Source: Paragordius varius (taxonomy: Eukaryota > Animalia > Nematomorpha). Taken from it: a stretch of 64,000 nucleotides of DNA. Below are positions 25,844 through 39,300 of the stretch, piece by piece (within the stretch, counting starts at the first letter, position 1; every line of letters begins with the position of its first letter). The notes beneath the pieces are model-generated. The model was given only the letters and a program-made list of their open reading frames with translations, did not search any database and was not told the DNA's origin. The position numbers and the translations under genes are program-made. The stretch spans positions 9,610,001-9,674,000 of the forward strand of contig OZ176050.1 of the NCBI GenBank assembly GCA_964247055.1, in the 5' to 3' direction.

Positions 25844-28692
25844 TAAGGTGACCAGATTTTTTGAAGGAAAAAGCGGGACAAATCTGAGAAAGGGGGGGGG
25901 GGGTTATGAGGTGGGGTGTACAACCAAAAATTTTTATACAAATAATTTATTGTAGTATTTATTTATTTTTAACACAAATACATTATAAATATTATTTAAT
26001 TCCTTGGTATTTTTTATTTGAGTGAATGCGTTTTAGCAGATTGTCATCATTTTATAAAATATTGTAGAAGTCTTCACAAGAATTTGTCAAATTATATTTG
26101 ACAGAAATGGTAAGGTTTCAACATTTAAATTTGATTTTTCCGATGTCCACATCTGATTTACCGTGGAAAAAACGCGCTCAGTAGCAGCGTTGGTACCACG
26201 TAAAGATAATGCAAATTCTACAATTTTTAAAATATTGTATGAAACATAGTTTGTTTCAAAATGATGAAATATTTCTAACCCTTTCTTTTCTACTGTATTT
26301 TTTTCTGTTGTCCATATCTATTGATATATTTTATAACTAATGATATTTTAGAAAAAAGATATTTTCTGAAAGGTTACTTTTGGGAATTTTTGGGAGATGC
26401 AGAAATGATTTTTGAACATCGCACCAATTAAATTCTGGTTTTAATGTTATCCAATGAAAATGATCAATTTCATTAAATTGCACCGTCCAGTCTTCCAATA
26501 ATCTTTACAGTTTGTATAAAACATTTTTAATGGTACAGGATATCTTGGCGATTTATTAAGCCTTGTTTTTCTAAATTATTTATAATATTGCGGATGGTTA
26601 CTGGCATAAAATTATTTTATAACCTTTCTTGACATTGGAATTTTAGGTTACTAACTTCATTGGCTACTTCGATTGCCGAAGTTTTGTTACTTTCTATCTA
26701 TTTAATAACATTTTGAAAGAGAGAAGCTTGATTATGTAGGAACAACCATATTGAAGAATCACTTTCAAAAAACTTTTCCAAAGTTGTATGACATTTGTCC
26801 TGTGATAAAAAAATAGGATTTTAAAGGATCATTTTTTAAAATTCCTTCGATAGCTGACAGAAGAGCAAACCAACCAGTTTTACAATATCCAAGCATTTTT
26901 TAATATTGAACTTCTGCATTTGCACAGAATTTCTTAAGCGTTTCAACGCGTACCATGTATATAAAAATAGGAATATACCTGACCAATTACATTTTCCACA
27001 TCTAGGGGTAACAAATTAGCAGCTGTTTGAATAGCGTTGTGTGTTATATGCGCTACACACTCAACGTCAATAATGGATTAAGATTATCTGCTAATTACTG
27101 AAAATTATTTTTTGTTCCTTCCTTGCTTTTCCATTGAAGTTCGTATTGGTGTTGTCACCGCAATATGCGATAATTTTGTCTTTTAAATTATTTTTTCCTA
27201 GAATATTCATTATTGAAGTAAAATTATGTCGGAATTCGCACCGGGTAGAGAAAAATTTAAAATTTTAATCTTACTCCGGTTTCTGGACCAAAATATTTTA
27301 TTAACGTGGGAAATATTTTTGTTTCCTGATTTGATACATCAGAGTATGGCGATATGAAATCAATTTTTAGCAAATCTTTTTGTATTCAGAAAATGCATGT
27401 GGAGAAAGGACAATGCATATAATGGCTTCAGCCTTTGTACGGGCACGAATACATGTGAGGTACAATACACTAGAGGATGATCGTGATTAACGCGTGAAAA
27501 GATGAAACGCCTTGGGCTAGTGCCAAATCTCCAAAAGCGGTTTTACGATAAAAATCGATCATTTTGTAAGATGATGCCACCATATCTAAATTTTTTATTC
27601 CATATGCTTTGTAATATCATGCTTACCGCCATGTGGTAGGGTGAACCCCCTAACATAAAGCATTTAACAAATGATTCATTCTTCGTTTTTTTGATAAAAG
27701 GAAATTCTTTCAAATCATCGTTAAATTTACAACCTCTTTTTGTACTCATATTTTAAACTAATCTATATATTTATAAAAATGGAAAATGCTGGCTTTGTGA
27801 TTTGGTACCGGAAAACCGGTAGACTCATTCAAATCGAAACTTCGAAAAAATATAATCATTAATGAATGTCCCGACAATAGCTTCGCCCTTTTTTTGAAAT
27901 AGGCCCCCAGTTCGGGCCCACCCCGTATGAAAAACGGGTTTTTTTGAAAACAGAAATCCACAAAAATCATGTCTTTGAGACAATTTTCTGGAGAAAGTGT
28001 TGATTCAATTTACTTATTTTCGATTGCGCCGAACATAGTCGCTCGCTTTTTTGATTTAGGTCCTCTTTTTACCCGCTCCCTCCGTAAAATGCCATTTTTT
28101 TCAAAAAACAAAGTCCACAAAAATAATTTTTAAATCTATTTTTCGCCCTATTAAACAATATATTAGTATGAATGCTCCGTTTTAAAATTCCTATAAAATC
28201 ATATATATTAAATAATGTTTCGAAATAATCCACATATGTGGATCATTTATTGTCCCTTATTTCAAATAGCCCTTCCCCCAGAAGTCCGAAGGACTTCCTC
28301 GGGCTGCGTAGCAGCACGAGATTTACGCTAGTATTAATATAAAAAAATATTATATTACCTTAATTTTCTGGAGTAAACGTATAAGCTACCGATTTGTGAT
28401 ATTGTCTGTTTGATAATGTTGGCAGTAGGATTAGGAAGCAAGTGTATAATCATATGAAATAAATTTGAAAAAATAAATATTTTTATCGTAAAAATAAATT
28501 TAATTTAAAATTGATACAGTTTTTTAAGATAAAGAATGATAAAAAATTTAAACGGATAAAAAAAATAAATTTTATATACAAAATTTAAATGTATTTAAAA
28601 TTTTTTTTTATAATCGTTAAAAAGCGGGACATTTCAAAAACGCAGCGGGACGCGGGACAAAGTGTGAAAAAGCGGGACGTCTGGTCACCTTA
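25844..28692 (-). mobile_element. hAT DNA transposon copy A (Blackjack-like TIR), transposase pseudogenised, Helitron nested
   Basis: TIRs TAAGGTGACCAGA / TCTGGTCACCTTA. Minus-strand ATG at 27749 (MSTKRGCKFNDDLKEFPFIKK...) and GTNAATERVFS hAT dimerisation motif near 26170; many frameshifts. Flanks CCCAAACA / AGTATTAT do not form a TSD. Confidence 0.88.
27762..28331 (+). mobile_element. Short non-autonomous Helitron nested in hAT copy A
   Basis: A|TCTATATATTTATAAAA ... GCTGCGTAGCAGC...CTAG|T; canonical A^T target, 12 bp upstream of the transposase ATG. Confidence 0.88.
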
Positions 28693-29282
28693 AGTATTAT
28701 GCCAATATAATAGCGAACCAAATTTTCAAAGAGGCTAAACTGAAATCTGATAGTGAATCGCAAAATCACGACAAAACATCGCCGAAAACTTTGAATGCAA
28801 AACCCTCTATGTTGAAGTACTATACAAATATCATAGCAGCCCAAATATTAAATGAGGCCAAACTCAAAGCTGATAATGATGTGCGAAATCCAGACAAAAT
28901 ATCGCCAAGAAGTTCGTCCAGTGCAAAACCCTGTATGTTAAAGTAATATGTCAATATCATCGCTAACCAAATTTTCAAAGAGGCCAAACTGAAAGCTGAT
29001 AGTGATTTGCAAAATCAAGAAAAGATATCGCCAGGAACTTCTTTGAATGCAAGACCCTCAATGTTGAAGTATTATGCCAATATCATAGCGAACCAAATTT
29101 TCAAAGAGGCCAAACTGAAAGCTGAAAATGATGTGCAAAATCTAGACAAAATATCGCCGAGAAGTTCTTTGAGTGCAAAACCCTGTACGTTGAAGTTATA
29201 TGCCAATATCATAGCTTACCAAATTTTCAAAGAGGCAAACTTACAACGGGTAGTCATTTGCAAATTCATGAAAAACATTTAA
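28692..29282 (+). pseudogene. Truncated coding tandem repeat: five copies of an LKYYANIIANQIFKEAK-type helix in 42-aa (126-nt) units
   Basis: Helix starts at 28692, 28815, 28941, 29067, 29193 (spacing 123, 126, 126, 126). One reading frame throughout with a single TAT>TAA stop at 28944; 5' end cut by hAT copy A. Confidence 0.65.
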
Positions 29283-29385
29283 ACCATGATATCAAAGCAA
29301 ACTTTAGTGCAGGTTTAAATAAAGATGGTAATAGAAGTTCGAAGAGCATGGACCCGACAAGATATTAATCAACATCTGGCTAATA

Positions 29386-32300
29386 TAAGGTGACCAGATT
29401 TTTTGAAGGAAAAAGCGGGACAAATCTGAGTAAGGGGGGGTTATGAGGTGGGGTGTACAACCAAAAATTTTTATACAAAAAATTTATTGTAGTATTTATT
29501 TATTTTTAACACAAATACATTATAAATATAAAAAAATATTTAATTCCTTGGTATATTTTTTATTTGAGTGAATGCGTTTTAGCAGATTGTCATCATTTTA
29601 TAAAATATTGTAGAAGTCTTCACAAGAATTTGTCAAATTATATTTGACAGATAAAATGGTAAAGTTTCAACATTTAAATTTGATTTTTCCGATGTCCACA
29701 TCTGATTTACTGTGGGAAAAACGCGCTCGGTAGCAGCGTTGGTTGCTAACGTAAAGATAATGCAAATTCTTCAATTTTTAAAATATTCAAATGATGAAAT
29801 ATTTCTAACCATATCTTTTATACTGTATTTTTTTCTGTTGTCCATAATTTAAGTTTTTTTATTAATATATTTTATAACTAATGATATTTTAGAAAAAAGA
29901 TATTTTTTGAAAGGTTCCTTTTTGGGAATTTTTGGGAGATGCAGAAATGATTTTTGAACATCGCACCAATTAAATTTTGGTTTTAATGTTATCCAATGAT
30001 TTCATTAAATTGCACCGTCCAGTCTTCCAATAATCTTTACAGTTTGTATAAAACATTTTTAATGGTACATATCTTGGCGATTTATTAAGTTTTGTTTTTC
30101 TAAATTATTTATAATATTGCGGATGGTTACTGGTATAAAATTATTTTATAACCTTTGACATTGGAATTTCAGGTTACTAACTTCATTGGCCACTTCGATT
30201 GCCGAAGTTTTGTCACTTTCTATCAATTTAATAACATTTTGAAAGAGAGAAGCTTGATTATGTAGCAACTCTAACAATATTGAAGAATCACTTTCAAAAA
30301 ACTTTTCCAAAGTTGTAGGACATTTGTCCTGTGATAAAAAAATAGGATTTTAAAGGATCATTTTTTAAAATTCCTTCGATAGCTGGCAGAAGAGCAAACC
30401 AACCAGTTTTACAATATCCAAGCTTTAATATTGAACTTCTGCATTTGCACAGAATTTCTTAAGCGTTTCAACGCGTACCGTGTATATAAAAATAGGAATA
30501 TACCTTAACAACTACATTTTCCACATCTAGGGGTAACAAATCAGCAGCTGTTGAATAGCTTTGTGTGTTAAATGCGCTACGCACCCAACGTCAATAATGG
30601 ATTAAGATTATCTGCTAATTACTGAAAATTATTTTTTGTTCCCCTCCTTGCTTTTCCACCGAAGTTCGTATTGGTGTTGTCACCGCAATATGCGATGATT
30701 TTGTCTTTTAAAATATTTTTTCCTAGAATATTCATTATTGAATTAAAATTATGTCGGAATTCGCACCGGATAGAGAAATAAAATTTAAAATTTTGCTCCG
30801 GTTTCTGGACCAAAATATTTTATTAACGTGGGAAATATTTTTGTTTCCTAAATTGATACATCAGAGTATGGCGATATGTAATTAATTTTCAGCAAATCTT
30901 TTTGTATTGAGAAAATGCATGTGGAGAAAGGACAATGCATATAATGGCTTCAGCCTTTGTACGGGCACGTATAATATATGAGGTACAATCCATAGATCTA
31001 AAGGAATGATTGTGATTACCGCGTGAAAAGATAAAACGCCTTGGGCTAGTGCCAAATTCTTTTCTTTCTCTCCATAAGCGGTTTTACGATAAAAATCGCC
31101 CATTTCGTAAGATGATTCCACCATATCTAAACATTTTTATGTTTATGTGTTTCCATATGCTTTGAAATATCATACTTACCGCCATGTGGTAGGGTGAACC
31201 CCTAACATACAGCATTTAACAAATGATTTCTTCGTTTTTTGATAAAAGGAAATTCTTTCATTAAATCATCGTTTTTACAACTTCTTTTTGTACTCATATT
31301 TTAAACTAATCTATATATTTATAAAAATAGAAAATGCTGGCTTTGTGATCTGGTACCGGAAAACCGGTAGACCCATTCAAATCCAAACTTCGAAAAAATA
31401 TAATCATTAATGAATGCCCCGACAATAGCTTCGCCCTTTTTTTGAAATAGGCCCCCAGTTCGGGCCCACCCCGTATGAAAAACGGTTTTTTTTTGAAAAC
31501 AGAAATCCACAAAATTCATGTCTTTGAGACCATTTTCTGGAGAAAGTGTTGATTCAATTTACTTATTTTCGATTGCGCCGAACATAGTCGTCTCGCTTTT
31601 TTGATTTAGGCTCTCTTTTTACCCGCTCCCTCCGTAAAATGCCATTGTTTCAAAAAACAAAGTCCACAAAAATAATTTTTTAAATCTATTTTTCGCCCTT
31701 GGTATGAGACCGTAAAAATTCAATATGGATTCCACGTATTCCCTGTTAAAAGGCAAAAATTTTAGTCAAGCGTTTCTTTGATGCTAGCTGCTGGGTAAGT
31801 AGGTACCCGCTAAAAACTGATTCCTCATGTGACTTTGTGATCTGTTTCCGAAAAACCGGTGAACCCAATCAAATCCAAATAGCGAAAAAATATAATCATT
31901 AATAAATGCACAATAGCTTTGCCCTTTTTTTGAAATAGGCCCCCAGTTCGGGCCCACCCCGTGTGAAAAACGAGTTTTTTTGAAAACAGAAATCTACAAA
32001 AATCGTGTCTTTGAGATAATTTGGAGAAAGTGTTGATTCAATTTACTTATTTTCGATTGCGCCGAACATAGTCGTCTCGCTTTTTTGATTTAGTCCCTCT
32101 TTTTACCCGCTCCCTTCGTAAAATACCATTTTTTTCAAAAAACAAAGTCCACAAAAATAATTTTTTAATTATTTTTCGCCCTATTAAACAATATATTAGT
32201 ATGAATGCTCCGTTTTAAACCTATAAAATCATATCCATTAAATAATGTTTCGAAATAATTCACATATGTGGATCATTTTATTGTCCCTTATTTCAAATAG

Positions 32301-32694
32301 CCCTCCCCCCTCCAGAAGTCTGAAGGACTTCCTTGGGCTGCGTAGCAGCACGAACTTAATTTTCTGGAGTAAACGTATAAGCTATCGATTTGTGATATTA
32401 ATTTGTCTTTTTGATAACGTTGGCAGTAGGATTAGGAAGCAAAGTTTATAATTATATGATATAAATTTGAAAAAAAATTAATTTTAATTTAAAAAAAACT
32501 TTAATTTAAAATTGATACAGATTTTAAAGATAACTAATGATACAAAATTTAAACGGATAAAAAAAAATAATTTTTTTATAAAAAATTTAAATGTATTTAA
32601 AATTTTTTTATATAATCGTGAAAAAGCGGGACATTTCAAAAACGCAGCGGGAGGCGGGACAAAGTGTGAAAATGCGGGACGTCTGGTCACCTTA
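29386..32694 (-). mobile_element. hAT DNA transposon copy B, sister of copy A
   Basis: Same TIRs; perfect 8-bp TSD GGCTAATA (29378-29385 and 32695-32702); degenerate transposase with ATG at 31297; Helitron at the same internal site as in copy A. Confidence 0.92.
31310..32353 (+). mobile_element. Rearranged or doubled Helitron nested in hAT copy B
   Basis: 5' part to ~31697, then the start of one array unit (~31700-31830), then a restart inside the Helitron, ending at GCTGCGTAGCAGC with the CTAG terminus deleted. Confidence 0.75.
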
Positions 32695-35182
32695 GGCTAA
32701 TACCTCTGCAAATTATAGACATAATAAATTTTCTATTGAACCCAATTATTACACCTTACAAAATCTAAAAGAAAACGGAAAGAATGAAAATAATCATTTT
32801 AGTTTTAGCAATAGTGATGTGACTTTGATTGATGATTGAATATTGGAATAAAAAAAATATGAATAAATAATAACAAAAATATATTATTTTTGAAAAAGTG
32901 TTTGTAGGAAAATTATTATTATCAGTTATACATTAAATTGTGCTACATTTGTATAATAATTATTCTTTGGTTTATGTCTGTTGAATATACCCATTGAGTT
33001 TGGTATGCTCCCAGTAAATTTTGTTTTTTATGGCTTAGACTCCCTTTGATACTTTTTGCTTAATTTTTTGATAACCAGATTAAATGCTCCTTAAAGTTTG
33101 CAGTAAATGTTGTATCAATAGCAAAATTTATGTTATAAATAGTTTGGTTTACATAAATGCACGCAGATTCTTCATAAATCATTTTCATCACATTTATAGA
33201 ATAGAAAATAAACAATAACACTAGTCGACAAATTTAGACATTTTTGAGCACCACCACTCAAACTTTTAAATTATGACTAATTTCAGTGTTTTAAAACCGA
33301 ATGTAAAAATATTTTTGATCCCGCCAATCAGAATTTTGAATATTATAGGTTTTTCAATTTTTCAAAAACAAGAGAAAATCGAGATTTAAATATAACTTTA
33401 TAATAAAATGTTATTATATTATAAACTTAATATCATTTAAGAAAGCGTTTTAAACTCTATTTTTTGAATATAAATTCATTCAAATATCAGAGAGAATACG
33501 GACCTAAACATCAAAATTTAGTCTTTTTCTTTCAGTGAATTTTTAATACGAATAAAAATTTTTTAAAAAAATACTAAAAAAGGCATTCTATGTTAAACCT
33601 TCGGCTTTTAGATAGGCTATATTTTTTTTGTTAGTTATCGTTCTTTCGAGTACTTATTAGGCTTTTTTTCTTGAGTTGGTTCTAACAAAAAATCTTTTAT
33701 TTATACCTAGTGGATATACTTTAATTTTTAAAATTATTGGTTGTTTTGTATTTTCAATTTCAGATGGATGTTGTGTAGCCACTTTTAGTGGAATTTACTA
33801 TTATGGGATTGGACCATTTGTATTTACCTAATCTTTTTATTCAATTTAATTGTAGAATTTATCTAACTTTATTCTGTGAATCGGTTAATTTGACATGTCA
33901 ATTTGCCTGGATTTTGCTTGCAAGTCTCTCTTATCGGGCTTTACGATTACTTATTGTTATCTTTGCCATATCTGGCATAATTGGATCGCTTGGGGGATAT
34001 GCAGAGCTTGTGCAGCCGCCCGGATCTATCACACTATACATAAGCCCCTTTTAGATTTTTAATACTTTGGCTCTTAGCTTGTTTAGTATCTTATTTAATG
34101 CCTAGAATTTTGTTATTGATGCATGGAATATTACTTGTATCCACCTGTTCGTTTGAATATTTAAACATATGTACACGAGGAATGATTGTTATTTTAAATT
34201 AAATACAAATATAAAAATTAAATTTCGGAAAAATCCTATTGATGGCCTCAATTTTCTTTTTTGTTTTGGCCTTTCCATGCCATTAGGTATCAGAAAATGC
34301 AGCATTGTAATGGTGGAAACAAACGGTTGCTCTTTTTATAACCTATTGATTGCAAATAATTGAATTACTTGATAACATATGGTGTGATGGGATCCTAAAA
34401 TTTCGCAATCCTATAAGGCTTGAATATAATCAACCGATAGCAGTTCAGGCTTTGTATAGATAATATTAGAGGTTGTGATAGAATTTAGGATAAATCTTAA
34501 CAATATTCTTACCTTAGTAAATGTTGATTGTATATAAAAGTCAATATTGTCCAGTAAGTTCAAGTCGACTATAATTCATCTTCGATCCCCAAATTTTCGT
34601 TTCAACTACGAATTTTTATGTTTCGGTCTATTTTTTAATCCATCTCGATTTCAATACATGCTTAACATACCTTGTTGTTTTGTGGAAAAACTTTATTTTT
34701 TGAGAGAACTAATTACACCAGTTAAAAAATGCTAACCAGATTAATCGAGTTCGATTTGTGGCTATTTGAACCTCATAAATAGCCATTCACTATGGTTTTT
34801 TCATTTATAACAACTGCTAATTGTTATTTAGGTAATCTAATTGTTTCGACCGATCTAATGATATTACCCTGGCTCGTTTGCTAACATACCCTTATTATAC
34901 TTTGTCAGCAAAACATTTTTAGGCTATAGGTATATCAAATTTTCATCGGAAGAAATATCTATGTTTTTGAAAAAATGCTATTAGGTCAGAACTTTATTGA
35001 AATGTTAAAGATATCCAAAATATTGCTGTGGCGAAGAAACTAAAAGGAAATAAAGATAAATACAAGGTTTTTTTTACTTCCTTTTCTTTTGAATTTTTAT
35101 ATAATATAATGGCTTAGCTTTTAAAATATTTATAATATATATTTAAATAATATAGCTTATACTAGAAAATTAAAAAATTATA

Positions 35183-35440
35183 TTGAGCAAAATGTACCCT
35201 AATTTATTTCGCTATTTTCAAATACAGAGTTACAACAAAAGTGGTAACAATTTTATAATATCACTCGTAAAAGATAAAACCGACCGTGATAATCCAGACA
35301 CATTTTTCGATCAGAATTTCTATATATATCTGGATTTTTTATGCCCTCTGATTATGTGCTTATTGTGTATATTGGTTTTTACATTTTGCATTGTATACTT
35401 GGCCAAAATTATTATGAAAAAAACGGAATCAAACAAATAA
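35183..35440 (+). other. Possible terminal exon encoding a transmembrane helix and a short basic tail; upstream exons not resolved
   Basis: ORF ends FLCPLIMCLLCILVFTFCIVYLAKIIMKKTESNK*; the GC-richer region 33760-35060 may hold the rest, but no consistent model or homology was recognised. Confidence 0.25.
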
Positions 35441-36304
35441 ATCAAAAAATAATTATAATCATTATCCAAGTAAATATTTATTAATGTTATTAGTTACATT
35501 TCAAAATTATAAGTAATATTTACTACAATTGAATATATATATATATATATAATAAAAAATATAATGCCCTTATATAGTTTTGCTGATAAGAGTACTATTG
35601 CAATTATAATACACAGGTATAATCCATAATAAATTTGCTAATTTTTTTTATTTGACAAATTCTTGGTCATGTACATATATAACAACCAATATTTTTTAAA
35701 ACGTTTGTCAAATAAAAAATTTGACAATGCAGTATGAGTAAAAATACTTTGCTATTTTTTTTGATAATTCCAGATAGCATTTACATTAAATAAAATTATT
35801 GGGTTCAAGTTGACCAAAAAATATGTTCTTTATGTTCGCTATCTTATGATATTTAATGAAAAACTTGCAACGTATTTTTTTAACTGTATAATGAATCCAC
35901 AAACGAAATAAAACAACATCTAACATGATTTACATATTATTAACATCCATTTTAGTTTTAATTGTTATCAAAGAGATTGTTTAATTTGTTATAATAATAA
36001 AAAGTATAATATATCGTATATATAAATAAGATTATAAATAAAAAATGAAAATAAAATATATCACACAAATTGATATACATTGTAAACTGTGGTGAGGAAT
36101 ATGGTTTTGGAGGAAATTCATTTTTTAAGAATCACAACATATATGATAATTATAGTTATTTTTGTTAATCTTAAAGGGATTATAGATGCTATGTATCTCT
36201 TATATATAGTTAAAAAGTCTTGGTGTTAATTTAACATACAAATGAATACGTAGCTGGAAAAAACCAAAGACTAGTTTAAACGTATGTAGGGTGATCGTAG
36301 TAAC

Positions 36305-39300
36305 TTAGCCTGTAGATGATTCAGCATCCAAATATAAAGATTCAATGAATGATGCATACTTTCTTACAATAAAGGGTCGCCTTAATTTCATGGTCGGACC
36401 TAAATAAAAAGAGATATGTAATTTTTTTAAAAATAATCCTCAGATAAAATACGTAACCCAAAACAAAAATTATGTTCTATCACAAATAAATTTAGGCAGC
36501 TCAACTAAAAATCTAGCGTTATTTAATATTAAAAATGTTATAAAAACCCAATTCTCCCCCAGGTATCGTAAAATCGTGAGGCAGAATCGTCCAACGTTTA
36601 ACGGTTGCGGCATGACTAACCGCTTTTTTATTAGCCTTTTCAATACACGCATCAATGTGTCGACGCAATGCAAATGGGATTTTATCTATGACTGCATATG
36701 AATTCACATCTTCAAGATTGAATTCACTGTTTTCACCTGTAAAATAGATGTGCAATCAAAAGTTAAAAAAAACATAAGTGATGAAAATGATATGGTACAA
36801 AAGTATAGTAAAAAATAATTTTTTGTGCACAAGTTTTTTTAAACAAAAATTATTTAAATGATTATCAAAGACACGTATATTTAAAAGATATAAATTTGAT
36901 TTGAAATATATTTTGTTTGAAAAAGTAAGAAGAATAAAACTACTGTTTATTTAATAATAAGAACCAAGATATATTACCATTGTAATGACCATTAATGTAT
37001 CCATTGGAAAAATTTGTTCTAGTGGAATTACTAGTTTCATCAATATTAGAAATGGAAGATTTGTTTGTATGAATTATATTCTTAACAACTTTACTAGCTT
37101 CCTGAGTCAATTGGCTTAAGGGTAAACCTGTGGTAGGATCAACTTCAGCCTACATACAATATTAATTTATTTTATATTTATTAACTAATCTTAAAAACTA
37201 TGTAGGAAAAAAATAATACTTTAAGCGTTAAAAGGGCATATAAAAATTTTCGGTAATCTCCAATCACCATGACATTACTAATGAAATGCGATAATTCTTG
37301 TTTGATGGCATTTTCAATTGGCACAGGTGCGACGTTTTCCCCTCCGGCTGTTATAATAATCTCTGTAAATATGTAAAACAAACATATATAAAATAATATA
37401 AAGACAACCAACCGAATAAAAGTAATAAAATTTCATGAAGAAAAATATAATATTTTGCATATAAATGCTCTATAAATACTTAAAATATATGATTTAGAAT
37501 GTCCGGGACGATTGAGGGACAAAAAGGTTAACAAAATTTGATTAATATTTAATGGCCTAAATTTAAAATTAAAAACCAATTAATATTTAAGTCAATAAGA
37601 GCCATGATATAAACTGTGACTCAATAAAATCTACCATAGAAAGGTCAAATAGTTATCTGCCAACTCTGTTCGTTAACTTAAAAGGTTTTACACCAAATAT
37701 GTTTTAAAAAATCACCTTTAAGCCGACCGGTTATAATGAGAAAAGGACCACCCGTTTTTGTATAAACAATTTTTCCCATGTCACCCGAATGAAACCAACC
37801 GTCATCATCAATAGATTCTTCCGTCATCTTTTTCATGTTGAGATAACCCATAAATATATGTCTACCCTTTATCCATACCTAAAATATACACATATAATTA
37901 ATTATATATATACCCTCATATATAGTCATAAATTTAAAAATATTATAAATTTCGAGATTTACCTCGCCTTCATGTGTTGATTTTATAATATAGGGATCTG
38001 TTGGTATTGATGCGATTTCCGTGATAACTTTATCATTTATTGGAGACCCTAATATGGAAATCGCAATTTTACAAACATGTTCACATAACCAAAAAGTTAC
38101 TCTAAAACTAATAAAATTCGGAAATATTGGGTTGTACTTTACAGTAAATACCATATTAAAGCATAAATAAAAAATTGTGTGCATACAAGTTTTCCTTATA
38201 AGTTGCACATTTAAGTCCGATTCAACAAAAAAAATCGAAATTTAATTTGGCTTAACCAATATAAAACGGTTTAAACCAATAATATTACCATTATTCCCTG
38301 TCAAGGGTTCTTGTTGCGGGCTAGCGCGCAACTCAGAAATCTTTATTAACGTGCCTGAGAGAGGGAGTCCACAACTGCCCAACCAATTTGTTCCTAGGGC
38401 CGTGTAATTTACGGAAACAGGCCCGGTACATTCACTTGCCCCATAAATTTGGTGAATGGGAATACCAAGCCGAGCAAAGAAGTCTAAACAGGCCCGTGAG
38501 CAAGGAGCCCCCGTGCTCACAAAATAACGGCATTGATGGAGACCAAGAGCCTTACGAATCCGGGAAAATACGGCGTGATAAGCCACGGCTGATCCCCAAG
38601 GAAGTGGTTCTCTGTGTGCATAAAAGTCCATGTATTTTAAAAAAAAAGTAGTAATTGTCAGTTTTATTTGACGGCAAGTTTTTTTAGATTCACAAAGCTT
38701 AAATTAATCAAATAAATGATTATGGAAAAAGTACAGATAATATGATCAAAAACTTTTTGTTGTTAATTTTAGGACATAGCCTGTAATATTTTTTCAGATG
38801 CATTCTTACTACAAATCATTTTTTTAATACAATAATTTTGTCTTTCTTTTGTCAATTCCACCATATATTTATTACATGTAAAGAAAGTTAATAAAATATT
38901 TTAGTTGAAAAAATTAATATAAAATATAAAAAAATTGGATTATATACCCTAACATTGTGGCCTTAGTTCCATACTCGCCAATGGTCTTGGCCCACTCCAT
39001 TATGAAAAGTCTAATACCTCTGGCATTTTGGCTCGCGGCTGTTAGTTTATCACTGATTTTTTCCCAAACCCGAGGTACACCACAAAATATGGTAGGTTCA
39101 ACCTCTTTAAGCGAATCAACTAATGTACCCTAAAAATATTGACTTTAAATTAAACAGTAATTCGTTATAAACGTTTGCAGATAGCCATTAAATATAAATA
39201 TATACATATTAACGCTTTCTAATATAAATTACAAATTTTCGAAACTATTAATGGAAAGTTTTTGGAAAATAATTGATCAAATGTTTTTATGTTAATTTCT

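Noticed and set aside
33760-35060. Coding-like region with possible 26-nt and 36-nt GT-AG segments on either strand
   Set aside because: Every model tried hit stops; the micro-introns here cannot be supported without homology or RNA data.
38388-38651. Plus-strand 87-aa ORF
   Set aside because: Shadow ORF opposite an ACSBG-2 exon.
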